Source: an uncultured Pseudomonadota bacterium | GTDB lineage: Bacteria > Pseudomonadota > Alphaproteobacteria > Rs-D84 | DNA: 64,000 nt | Assembly: GCA_902787665.1 (NCBI GenBank) | Contig: CADAHF010000002.1 | Location: forward strand, 2,637 to 66,636 | Direction: 5' to 3' | Shown: one piece after another, positions 22,468 to 30,416 of the stretch | Numbering within the stretch: the stretch's first letter is position 1 | Layout: each line of letters opens with the position of its first letter | Position numbers and translations under genes: made by a program | Notes under the pieces: generated by a model | What the model saw: the letters and a program-made list of their open reading frames with translations, nothing else | Told to the model about the DNA's origin: nothing | Databases searched by the model: none

Positions 22468-22624
22468 GATGTACCCCCCTCCTACACCCCTTAGAATAGC
22501 AATACAAAAAAAAGATTGCAATCAGTTTTAAGATACTTTATTATTACGCATGTTTAAGAACGTAGGCGCAATAAAATTGATATTGTCACCTGCAAAAATG
22601 TTTTCCATAAAAAAGAAAAAAAAT

Positions 22625-22921
22625 ATGCAAAACAAAAAAAATCAAACGTCTAATGTTGGGCAAATGATACAACGCTGTCATAAATGGCGTCAAAAAAGAA
22701 AACAATACATTGACCTGGCGCGTCAAACAAGTGACGAAGTGGAACGCGAACGCTTACTGCAAGCGGCGGAACACTATGGTCGTATTGTTAATGCCGAACA
22801 GGACAAGATTGATTCTTCACGCGGTGGATCGGCTGAAAAAATCCCAGAAATACCAGAAAACACCGAATCTGGTGACGAAGAAGAAATCCCATTACCAGAC
22901 TTTATTGAAAATTTGAAATAA
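22625..22921 (+). CDS. DUF4167-like protein
   Basis: YIDLARQTSDEVERERLLQAAEHYGRI matches the remembered DUF4167 core (..Y..LA....D....E...QHAEHY.R). Start moved to MQNKKNQ. Confidence 0.55.
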   Translation: MQNKKNQTSNVGQMIQRCHKWRQKRKQYIDLARQTSDEVERERLLQAAEHYGRIVNAEQDKIDSSRGGSAEKIPEIPENTESGDEEEIPLPDFIENLK

Positions 22922-22994
22922 ATCATTTTTACGACATATTTATTGTTGAAATTTGACTTATGTTTGCTATTCTGTTCCAAAAGGAATTTTTCAC

Positions 22995-24521
22995 ATGGAT
23001 AGCAACTATACCGTTTTAGCAAGAAAATATCGCAGTCAAGATTTTGCATCATTAATTGGCCAGGATGTTTTGGTAAAAACACTTACCACTGCAATCAACA
23101 CTGGTCGTATTGCACACGCGTATATTTTCACTGGAATTCGTGGAACTGGAAAAACTAGTACTGCACGTATTTTGGCCAAGGCATTGAATTGTTTGTCCTC
23201 TGATGGACCAACTGCAACACCATGTGGGGTTTGTGAAAATTGTCGTGCAATCGCTGCGGGTCAACATATCGATGTTATGGAAATTGACGCTGCATCACAT
23301 ACCGGTGTTGATAATATGCGTGAAATTTTGGACGCGGTCCAATATCGTCCAACAAACGGCAGATATAAAATTTACATCATTGACGAAGTTCACATGTTAT
23401 CAATAAGTGCTTTTAACGCACTGCTTAAAACATTGGAAGAACCACCTGCACACGTTGTGTTCATTTTAGCAACAACCGATATTCGCAAGGTTCCTGTTAC
23501 AATTTTATCGCGTTGCCAACGTTTTGATTTGGTGCGCGTTCCAGTTGAAACCTTAAAAAAGCATTTTGCAAACATTGCCGAAAACGAAAAGATTGAATTG
23601 TCTGATGCTGCAAACGAATTGTTGGCACGTGCCGCTGATGGTTCTGTGCGCGATGGTTTATCATTACTTGACCAGGCAATTGCTCAAACTGGTGGGCACG
23701 TTGATGAAACAGCAGTGTTAAATATGCTTAAACGCGCAGATCGCGGTGTTGTTACCGGGTTAATGGAAACAATATTGTCTGGTGACACTGCTGCTGCATT
23801 GGAACGCGTTGATGAAATATATAACAATGGCGCAGACCTTTCTATGTTATTAACAGACATGATGGAATGGACACATTGGGCAACACGCATGCATCCCGCA
23901 TTGCATGCTGGGGATTCAACATCGGCACCATATACGGCTGACCAGCGCACTAAGATTCGCAATATAAATTCACAAATAACATTAAACACTCTTTCGCGCA
24001 TATGGCAGGTTATGGTTGCCTCTGTGGCAGAGATGCAGGCATCCAGCAATCAAAAACAATGCTTTGACATGCTGATTGTGCGTTTAATGCACATTGCTGA
24101 ATTACCGTCGGTTGCAGAAATTATTAATAAACAAACAACCACACAAACGGCACCGAAACCATCTGTGGCACCTGCACCGAAAAAGACAGAAATTACATCG
24201 GCAACAGATTTGGCGGCGGCATTACAATCTGACAAAGAAATATTACTATATTCATATTACACAACGAATATCGAAGTATCTGAATTTACGCCGGGCAAGA
24301 TTGTATATTTTGATCGTGGTGATGACACAGAATTTGAAAAAAAATTATCAATATGGTTGCGTAACAAAACAGGTTCCGCATGGACATTGGATCGCAACAT
24401 AAAATCAGAACATGCACAAACTGTGACCGAACAAAAGCGTCAGGAAATTGCATCTGACCCAATGGTTGCAGACGCAATGAGCTTATTCGAAGATGCGGAA
24501 ATTGTATCTTCTACAAAATAA
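22995..24521 (+). CDS. dnaX: DNA polymerase III subunit gamma/tau
   Basis: YRSQDFASLIGQDVLVKTL..AHAYIFTGIRGTGKTSTARILAKALNC, Zn module CGVCENC, DEVHML, SRCQRF. Start moved to MDSNYTVLARKYR. Confidence 0.9.
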   Translation: MDSNYTVLARKYRSQDFASLIGQDVLVKTLTTAINTGRIAHAYIFTGIRGTGKTSTARILAKALNCLSSDGPTATPCGVCENCRAIAAGQHIDVMEIDAASHTGVDNMREILDAVQYRPTNGRYKIYIIDEVHMLSISAFNALLKTLEEPPAHVVFILATTDIRKVPVTILSRCQRFDLVRVPVETLKKHFANIAENEKIELSDAANELLARAADGSVRDGLSLLDQAIAQTGGHVDETAVLNMLKRADRGVVTGLMETILSGDTAAALERVDEIYNNGADLSMLLTDMMEWTHWATRMHPALHAGDSTSAPYTADQRTKIRNINSQITLNTLSRIWQVMVASVAEMQASSNQKQCFDMLIVRLMHIAELPSVAEIINKQTTTQTAPKPSVAPAPKKTEITSATDLAAALQSDKEILLYSYYTTNIEVSEFTPGKIVYFDRGDDTEFEKKLSIWLRNKTGSAWTLDRNIKSEHAQTVTEQKRQEIASDPMVADAMSLFEDAEIVSSTK

Positions 24522-24537
24522 TTTTTTGGGGGGAATT

Positions 24538-24996
24538 ATGAAACAAGAATCTGGTCGTTCTTTGATTGAAATTTTGGGTGTATTGGCTATTGGCGCAGTT
24601 ATGTCTGTGGCAACAATATCTATGTATCGCAGTGTTCGTACAACACAATTACGTACAATTGCAACCGCAGAATTAGAACAGATTGTAAAAAACGCAAAAA
24701 TATTAACTGGTGCACACGGCACATACGAAGGATTGTCTGTTGATTATCTGGTAAAATCTGGTGCAATAAAAAATAATCTGCCCCCGATTGGTGGTGCAAA
24801 CTGGTCCGTCACCCCAAGTTTTGATGGGACATCATTTTCAATCAATTTAACAGATTTGTCATCTGGGGAATGTGAATACTTTGCAATAAAACAACCGACA
24901 TGGGCTGATTCTATTTTAATAAATGGTATCCAGGTTGACGGAACACCAAATTGCTTTTCAACCAAAACCAATATTGTTTCATTTGTTGTGAAATAA
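24538..24996 (+). CDS. short type IV pilin / pseudopilin-like protein (152 aa)
   Basis: MKQESG/RSLIEILGVLAIGAVMSVATISMY has a short basic leader, Gly, Glu at +5 and a hydrophobic helix. C-terminal Cys pair (SGECEY...TPNCF) fits a pilin disulfide loop. GGGGGGA RBS. Confidence 0.75.
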   Translation: MKQESGRSLIEILGVLAIGAVMSVATISMYRSVRTTQLRTIATAELEQIVKNAKILTGAHGTYEGLSVDYLVKSGAIKNNLPPIGGANWSVTPSFDGTSFSINLTDLSSGECEYFAIKQPTWADSILINGIQVDGTPNCFSTKTNIVSFVVK

Positions 24997-24997
24997 A

Positions 24998-25678
24998 TTG
25001 ATGAAAATAAAAAATTTATTTTTAGCGCTTATTTGCATCACCGTTTCGGGATGCACAACATATCACAGTCCAAATCGTGATACTTGGGGTGCATATCTTC
25101 GCGGCGCCAGTTTTGATAATATGACAGAAACCACACGAACCGCAAAACGTCCCGTGTATCTTGGGGCTGGTGGTCGCACATTGTCAATGGTCGAAACAAA
25201 CAATAAACTTGAATATGGGGATAAAGCATCTAACGACAACGCAGCGGCTGTTGCCTATATGTCAAAGTTAGAATTTGCATTATATGATGCACTTCGCAAA
25301 CCAGGTATTTCTGTCCAACGTGCCGGTACAGATGTTGTTGTGACTATCGTGCGTGATGCGATTATGGAACTGGCCGTTGCTGATATATCGCCAGATGGCG
25401 CAGATACTTTAAAAACAATATCTAAAATATTACAAGAATACGATGCAACATTTATCGAAATCGCGGGCTATACCGATGCGACACGCGATAAACATGCATC
25501 AAGTGCATTGTCAACCGACATGGCCATGCGCACAGCGGTATTTTTTGCCCAGCACGATATTATTCCGCAACGTATGTTTATAATTGGCCGCGGCTCTGCA
25601 CGACCAATCGCCGCCCAGGATGATATCGGTCGTTTAACCAATCGCCGTGTTGAAATCCGTATTTCGCCAGCACGATAA
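24998..25678 (+). CDS. OmpA/MotB-domain lipoprotein
   Basis: Lipobox LICITVSGC. C-terminal IEIAGYTD..S..LS...A..V.......I...R....G.G...P.........NRRVEI is an OmpA_C-like motif. Confidence 0.8.
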   Translation: MMKIKNLFLALICITVSGCTTYHSPNRDTWGAYLRGASFDNMTETTRTAKRPVYLGAGGRTLSMVETNNKLEYGDKASNDNAAAVAYMSKLEFALYDALRKPGISVQRAGTDVVVTIVRDAIMELAVADISPDGADTLKTISKILQEYDATFIEIAGYTDATRDKHASSALSTDMAMRTAVFFAQHDIIPQRMFIIGRGSARPIAAQDDIGRLTNRRVEIRISPAR

Positions 25679-25754
25679 ATGGTATAACTTTCCGTTTTAC
25701 TTTTATTTTTTTGTTGCTATACTAAGCCCATAACAAAAACAAAGGATGGAAATC

Positions 25755-26417
25755 ATGGTACAAACAAAAACAAATTCTACACCTAAAAACTACAAAAAGA
25801 TGGGTATAATTGCGGCAATCGTAGTTGCTGTTGCGATTGTTGGTGTTGCGGTTGTTGCCGCTGTTCGCAGCTCTGGCGAAGTATCGGTAAACACTGCGCT
25901 GGAAAATGTCACAACTGATGCTGCAAACGGTGCAAACTTGCGCATTGCCGTTGTTCGTATGGACGCAATTCAAAACGATGCAACCGCATTGCAAGATTTG
26001 CGTAAACAACGCGAAAACTATGAAAACAAATTGCGTGACGAATTAACCGCTGAACAAAAGAAACTGGAAAAAGAAAAAACAGAAATCGAAAAATCACAGG
26101 ATGTCTTGTCGCGTGATGCATTGCAACGCCGTGTTGTTGACTATCAAAACCGTGTAACAAAATTGCAACGTGATTTGACAGAACGCGCACAAAGCATTGA
26201 AACATCATATCAAAAAGCATTAAGCGATGTTCAAACAAAACACCTTGACCCAATTATCGAAGGTATTATCGCAAAGAAAAATTTGTCGTTGGTAATTGAT
26301 GGTCGTTTTGCACGGACGGGTGCTAATGTTGAAAACCTGGACATCACAAACGAAGTCGTTTCTGCTTTGAATAAAAAAGTGTCCAAAGTAAAAATGGCAA
26401 AACCACAAGGTTTTTAA
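25755..26417 (+). CDS. skp: OmpH/Skp-family periplasmic chaperone
   Basis: One N-terminal TM/signal segment, a long charged coiled-coil (LRKQRENYENKLRDELTAEQKKLEKEK...) and the position directly upstream of lpxD-fabZ. Start moved to MVQTK (AAAGGA RBS). Confidence 0.75.
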   Translation: MVQTKTNSTPKNYKKMGIIAAIVVAVAIVGVAVVAAVRSSGEVSVNTALENVTTDAANGANLRIAVVRMDAIQNDATALQDLRKQRENYENKLRDELTAEQKKLEKEKTEIEKSQDVLSRDALQRRVVDYQNRVTKLQRDLTERAQSIETSYQKALSDVQTKHLDPIIEGIIAKKNLSLVIDGRFARTGANVENLDITNEVVSALNKKVSKVKMAKPQGF

Positions 26418-26432
26418 TAATAAACCAATTAG

Positions 26433-26464
26433 AAAAAAACACCGCGATTGCGGTGTTTTTTATT
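26433..26464 (+). terminator. intrinsic terminator ACACCGC-gatt-GCGGTGT + T7
   Basis: Hairpin at 26439-26456 followed by ttttttatttt, 20 nt after the skp stop. Confidence 0.7.
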
Positions 26465-26497
26465 TTCGCAATAAATTCTTTTATTTTGATTTTTCAT

Positions 26498-26506
26498 TGC
26501 TATAAT
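26498..26506 (+). promoter_or_regulatory. extended -10 element TGcTATAAT ending 6 nt before ATG 26513 (leaderless candidate)
   Basis: tgctataat at 26498-26506, then tgtgac-ATG. No Shine-Dalgarno. Confidence 0.35.
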
Positions 26507-26512
26507 TGTGAC

Positions 26513-27574
26513 ATGTTAAAAATTATTAAATCTTTATTGGCACCAGCGGGGGTTTCGATTTCTGCGGGTGATTTGGCCGAAAAATTCGGTCTTGAATTGC
26601 GTGGCGATGCAAATACTGTCGTTTCTGGTGTTGCACCAATTGCGGATGCAAAGCCTGGACAACTTGCGTTCTATTCAACCGAACAGAACAGTGCCGCATT
26701 TAAAATATTACCAATATCTGTGTTGGAAAACACTCGTGCTTCGGTCATTTTGGTCCAACCAGAAATGGCAAAACATGCGCCAAAGGGTCGCACATTATTA
26801 ATCACCGATACACCACGTGGATATATCGTGAAAATACTTGGGGAAATATATCGTGAAAAACCACGCTTTGGGATCAGTCGCGATGCCCATATTGACCGTG
26901 GTGTATTTTTCCGTAATCGCCGCAGCACTTATGTCGGACAATTTGCAACCATTGAACGCGGCGCAGTGATTGAACCAGATGTGAAAATATACCCATATGC
27001 ATTTATTGGACGCAATGTTACAATTGGTGCTGGAACAATCGTTCAAACAGGCGCACACATTGAAAACGCAACAATTGGCGCTGAATGTGTAATTAATGCT
27101 GGTGCGGTGATTGGCAAAGACGGCTTTGGTTACACACGTCAAGACGGCCACAATGTGTTTATTCCACATGTTGGTCGCGTTGTATTGGGCAACCGCGTAT
27201 CAGTTGGTGCGAATACATGTATTGACCGTGGTGTTATGACCGATACAACCGTGGGCGATGGAACAAAAATTGATAACCTTTGCCAGATTGCGCACGGTGT
27301 TGTAATTGGTGCCGAATGTTTCTTGGCGTCTGGCGTTGGGCTTGCCGGTGGAACGGTTGTTGGTGATCGTGCATTACTTGGTGGACATGTCGGTGTTGCA
27401 AACGGAATCCACATCGGCAACGATGCTGAGGTTGGCGCCCAATCTGGTGTATTTCGTAATATCCCAGACGGTGATCGACAAATGGGTTTCCCAGCAGTAT
27501 CTGGGTTGGAATTCTGGCGTCAATATGCATGGTTGAAAAACAACTATAAAAAGTCAGGAAAGAAAAATGATTGA
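26513..27574 (+). CDS. lpxD: UDP-3-O-acylglucosamine N-acyltransferase
   Basis: N-terminal LAEKFGLELRGDANTVVSGVAPIADAKPGQLAFY followed by a long run of hexapeptide repeats. Lies between skp and fabZ. Start moved to MLKIIKS. Confidence 0.9.
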   Translation: MLKIIKSLLAPAGVSISAGDLAEKFGLELRGDANTVVSGVAPIADAKPGQLAFYSTEQNSAAFKILPISVLENTRASVILVQPEMAKHAPKGRTLLITDTPRGYIVKILGEIYREKPRFGISRDAHIDRGVFFRNRRSTYVGQFATIERGAVIEPDVKIYPYAFIGRNVTIGAGTIVQTGAHIENATIGAECVINAGAVIGKDGFGYTRQDGHNVFIPHVGRVVLGNRVSVGANTCIDRGVMTDTTVGDGTKIDNLCQIAHGVVIGAECFLASGVGLAGGTVVGDRALLGGHVGVANGIHIGNDAEVGAQSGVFRNIPDGDRQMGFPAVSGLEFWRQYAWLKNNYKKSGKKND

Positions 27575-28004
27575 CGCAAAAGGTATTGAACAGGTTATTC
27601 CACATCGTGGAAACATGCGACTCGTGGACGAAATTATCGAAGTCACTGACACACATGCAGTTGGGAAAAAATATGTCCGCGATGATGAATTTTGGTGTGC
27701 TGGTCATTTTCCAGACAAACCGATTATGCCTGGTGTATTACAGGTTGAGGCATTGGCGCAAACTGCGTGTTTTTTGGCTTTAAAACATTTAAATGTTTGT
27801 GATGGCAAAACATTGGGCTATTTCACAACGATGGAACAAATCAAATTTTCACACATGGTTGTTCCGGGTGATGTATTGGAATTGCATGTTGATTTGATAA
27901 TGCATAAAATGCGCCTGTATAAATTCCACGGTGTTGCCATGGTTGATGGTCAAAAGGTAGCTGAGGCAACCTTTTCCGCAATAATGGATATCCCGCAAAA
28001 ATAA
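27567..28004 (+). CDS. fabZ: 3-hydroxyacyl-ACP dehydratase
   Basis: IPHRGNMRLVDEI..GHFPDKPIMPGVLQVEALAQ hot-dog motif. Overlaps the lpxD stop by 8 nt. Confidence 0.92.
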   Translation: MIDAKGIEQVIPHRGNMRLVDEIIEVTDTHAVGKKYVRDDEFWCAGHFPDKPIMPGVLQVEALAQTACFLALKHLNVCDGKTLGYFTTMEQIKFSHMVVPGDVLELHVDLIMHKMRLYKFHGVAMVDGQKVAEATFSAIMDIPQK

Positions 28005-28057
28005 AAAACTGGACAGTTCGGAAAAAATGCTTTAATATTCCCGCACAACACCCATCT

Positions 28058-28134
28058 GGATGTTTAGCTCAGTTGGCTAGAGCATCTGCTTTACACGCAG
28101 AGGGTCAGGGGTTCGAGTCCCTTAACATCCACCA
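28058..28134 (+). tRNA. tRNA-Val (anticodon UAC), CCA encoded
   Basis: GGATGTTTAGCTCAGTTGGCTAGAGCATCTGCTTTACACGCAGAGGGTCAGGGGTTCGAGTCCCTTAACATCCACCA gives a clean cloverleaf. Confidence 0.9.
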
Positions 28135-28176
28135 TGAATAAATAAATGCACCGCAAGGTGTATTTTTTTATTCATC
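28135..28176 (+). terminator. long hairpin terminator after tRNA-Val
   Basis: ATGAATAAA..TGCACC-gcaa-GGTGTA..TTTATTCAT nested stem with an internal T-run. Confidence 0.55.
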
Positions 28177-28281
28177 GATTGGTATGTTTGGACGAGAACC
28201 CCCAGGTTCGACAATGAGTAAGCAAGAACAAGCAACGCGTAGTTCAAGCACTAACGAATGCCGCGCAGGCTTCTAGCCGAG

Positions 28282-28302
28282 CGAGTCCCTTAACATCCAC
28301 CA
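28282..28302 (+). repeat. 21-bp exact direct repeat of the tRNA-Val 3' end (T-loop to CCA; first copy 28114-28134)
   Basis: cgagtcccttaacatccacca occurs twice, 168 bp apart. The second copy lacks the 5' T-stem strand, so it is not a functional tRNA. Confidence 0.85.
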
Positions 28303-28317
28303 CTAATTTTAGTTAAT

Positions 28318-28348
28318 AAAAAACACCGGCAAATGCCGGTGTTTTTTA
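28318..28348. terminator. bidirectional terminator ACACCGGC-aaat-GCCGGTGT
   Basis: 8-bp stem at 28323-28342 flanked by A5 and T6. Member of a hairpin family recurring at 49399, 54305 and 60651. Confidence 0.75.
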
Positions 28349-28549
28349 TCTTTGCCTTGCAAAATCACGCCACATTATATTTTCTGTGTTTGGCTTTACA
28401 TCAATAGGTGTATTTTTATATTCTCTTTTCTCTATATCAGATTTGGCTTTATGACGATGCACCAGACAACATCCCAATGCTATTGCCCCCAGTGTCAAAC
28501 CAGAAGCAACCACTAATGTTCTTATAATTTCTTTTGAGTATTTATCCAT
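28346..28549 (-). CDS. small single-TM membrane protein (67 aa)
   Basis: ORF track; AAAGGA RBS; hydrophobic LVVASGLTLGAIALGCCLV. Confidence 0.5.
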   Translation of the reverse strand: MDKYSKEIIRTLVVASGLTLGAIALGCCLVHRHKAKSDIEKREYKNTPIDVKPNTENIMWRDFARQR

Positions 28550-28561
28550 TTTTATATCCTT

Positions 28562-29314
28562 TTATCTTTGTCTTTTAAGCCAACGTTCCGCTTTTGTAAT
28601 ATATTGACGTGCAAGTGAAATATCAAATTTATTATCTGTCTTTAATTTGCCTTCGGCATCAATCCAGATGTCTTCACGATTCTTTGGCACGACCGATGAA
28701 ATCTTTCTTAAATTTTTCACAACATTGTCTGGCGACATTCCACCTGAATATCCCATTGGCACATTTTCAAACACTGGTTTATTCCAGGTGTCTGGACTTA
28801 AACCACGTCCACCAGATGCATCATAAAGCAACGAGAATTTCGCACGCATTTCGTGCAATACCCATGTGGCATTTTTTGTCCGATCATTATATTGAATAAT
28901 AAATTCATGATCATCGTTATGCATAAATAATTTTTTCACAGCATCATAGTTTATATCACGAACGGCAGCATTCGACATATTTAATTGCCACCGTTTAACC
29001 AGTGGCGCAAAGCCAAGATTTTTACGATAAAGACCAAAAAATTCCCTTAATTCCATTGGAATTTCACCAGTGCGACAGATTTCTTCGCACCATTCTTGAT
29101 TTACGTGTGCAGCCAAATTTATATCATGAGCGTCTTTTACGCAACAACGGCACAATTCATGGAACCATTCGTTTCGTGGCATACCAGGGAATGCTTTTGA
29201 TGGATGCAATTGAACCGCAATTTCAACACGCGGCGACATTTCTGCCAGTTTTACAATATCATGAATATCATTAAATTCACGTGGATCCGAGCATGTGATG
29301 TATCGTAGTCGCAT
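28562..29314 (-). CDS. hypothetical protein with TrpF (phosphoribosylanthranilate isomerase)-like C-terminal motif pattern
   Basis: LLYDASGGRGLSPDTW....GYSGGMSPDNV.......WIDAEGKL resembles the TrpF pattern LLD..GG.G..FDW...LAGGL.P.NV...GVDV.SGVE. Start moved to MRLRY (ATG 29314, 2 nt after the rlmN stop). Confidence 0.35.
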   Translation of the reverse strand: MRLRYITCSDPREFNDIHDIVKLAEMSPRVEIAVQLHPSKAFPGMPRNEWFHELCRCCVKDAHDINLAAHVNQEWCEEICRTGEIPMELREFFGLYRKNLGFAPLVKRWQLNMSNAAVRDINYDAVKKLFMHNDDHEFIIQYNDRTKNATWVLHEMRAKFSLLYDASGGRGLSPDTWNKPVFENVPMGYSGGMSPDNVVKNLRKISSVVPKNREDIWIDAEGKLKTDNKFDISLARQYITKAERWLKRQR

Positions 29315-29315
29315 T

Positions 29316-30416
29316 TTAACTTTCCTTTTTGTGTTTAAGACGCAACTGTCCACATGCCGAACCGATATCGGTTCCCCTCTCTCGCCGTATGCGCGTATGA
29401 ATACCGTTTTTAATCAAAATATCTTGAAATCGATGAACGGCATTACCCGAAATGGACGCAAAATCACGTTCATCAACCGTATTCCATGGAATTAAGTTTA
29501 CCATACAGTTTTTTCCATGCAACAACTTTGATAGTTTTTCAGCATATTCCGGTGTCGCGTTATAAAGCACGTTTTCCCCGTTTTCGTCTTTTTTGCCCAG
29601 TAATATATATTCAATCATTAACTGACGATTATGCAGGTTTGTAAATTCGTCCGCTGCTGCTAAAACTTCTTCTAATTTATACTTATTATTTATCGGCATA
29701 ATCTGGCTGCGCAGTTCATCCGTTGGTGCATGCAGTGATATTGCCAAATTGATTGGACGTCCCCATTCTATCAATCGTTTAATACCCGGCACAATACCGC
29801 AAGTTGAAACGGTAATACGCCGCCAACCAATACCCATATCATTATTTGCACGTTCAATAAAACCGATTACATTTTCGGTATTTTGTAATGGTTCACCAGT
29901 TCCCATAATTACAATATGCGAAACATCGTTATTATTTGCATCGCCATTTGCACGAATAGATTTTTCAGCCATAGAATTACGCAAGGTCCACTGTGCAATC
30001 AAAATTTGCGCAAACATTTCGTTTACAGTTAAATTGCGTTTAAGCCCCAACAATGTACTTGCACAAAATTTACACCCCATTGCACATCCGGCCTGGGAAC
30101 TAACACACACACTATTACCGTAACTGGTGCGCATTAACACACATTCAATTTGTTCACAATCTTGTAATTCCAACAAAAACTTGGTTGTTTGACCATCGCT
30201 TGATTCTAGTTTTGTTGTGACCCGTACTGGCAAAGTTTGCGCAACACCATCAAGTTGTTTGCGCAATTTTTCGGGCAAATTTTTCATTGATTCAAAATCG
30301 GGGGCGCCACGGTTTAACCAATCACGAATTTGTTTTGCACGAAAACGCGGTTGCCCTATATCAACCACAAACTTTTCAAGTTCATTATCTGTAAAATCAA
30401 ATAATACTGGTTTCAT
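29316..30416 (-). CDS. rlmN: 23S rRNA/tRNA (adenine-C2)-methyltransferase, radical SAM
   Basis: FRAKQIRDWL, CVSSQAGCAMGCKFCAST (CxxxCxxC), GTGEPL, and C-terminal GSACGQL. Confidence 0.9.
   Translation of the reverse strand: MKPVLFDFTDNELEKFVVDIGQPRFRAKQIRDWLNRGAPDFESMKNLPEKLRKQLDGVAQTLPVRVTTKLESSDGQTTKFLLELQDCEQIECVLMRTSYGNSVCVSSQAGCAMGCKFCASTLLGLKRNLTVNEMFAQILIAQWTLRNSMAEKSIRANGDANNNDVSHIVIMGTGEPLQNTENVIGFIERANNDMGIGWRRITVSTCGIVPGIKRLIEWGRPINLAISLHAPTDELRSQIMPINNKYKLEEVLAAADEFTNLHNRQLMIEYILLGKKDENGENVLYNATPEYAEKLSKLLHGKNCMVNLIPWNTVDERDFASISGNAVHRFQDILIKNGIHTRIRRERGTDIGSACGQLRLKHKKES

Noticed and set aside
23555-23561. A AAA AAG slippery heptamer in the dnaX reading frame (same heptamer as the E. 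coli dnaX -1 frameshift site)
   Set aside because: It lies at about codon 187, inside the AAA+ module. A -1 shift would stop about 12 codons later and give a non-functional fragment. No downstream stem-loop is obvious, so this is probably coincidence in an A-rich genome.
24179-24185. G AAA AAG heptamer at dnaX codon ~395, the position where a gamma/tau frameshift would make sense
   Set aside because: The first position is G, so the site is less slippery. The -1 frame runs about 17 codons before a stop. There is no upstream SD-like element or downstream hairpin of the E. coli type. It cannot be supported from sequence alone, but ribosome profiling could revisit it.
27234-27707. 157-aa minus-strand ORF, plus several ORFs antisense to lpxD (26798..27169, 27139..27420)
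   Set aside because: The hexapeptide-repeat coding DNA of lpxD is open in multiple frames, and lpxD/fabZ identity is clear.
28178-28303. Possible miniature or two-piece tmRNA (GGTATGTT..CAGGTTCGAC..tag-like ORF..GAGTCCCTTAACATCCACCA)
   Set aside because: - No 5' T-stem strand pairs with CCCTT.
- The acceptor stem needs a bulge.
- No reading frame ends in a hydrophobic Ala-rich tag (candidates end ..SNA*, ..RAGF*).
- The length, about 125 nt, is far below known bacterial tmRNAs.

An att-type duplication explains the data better.
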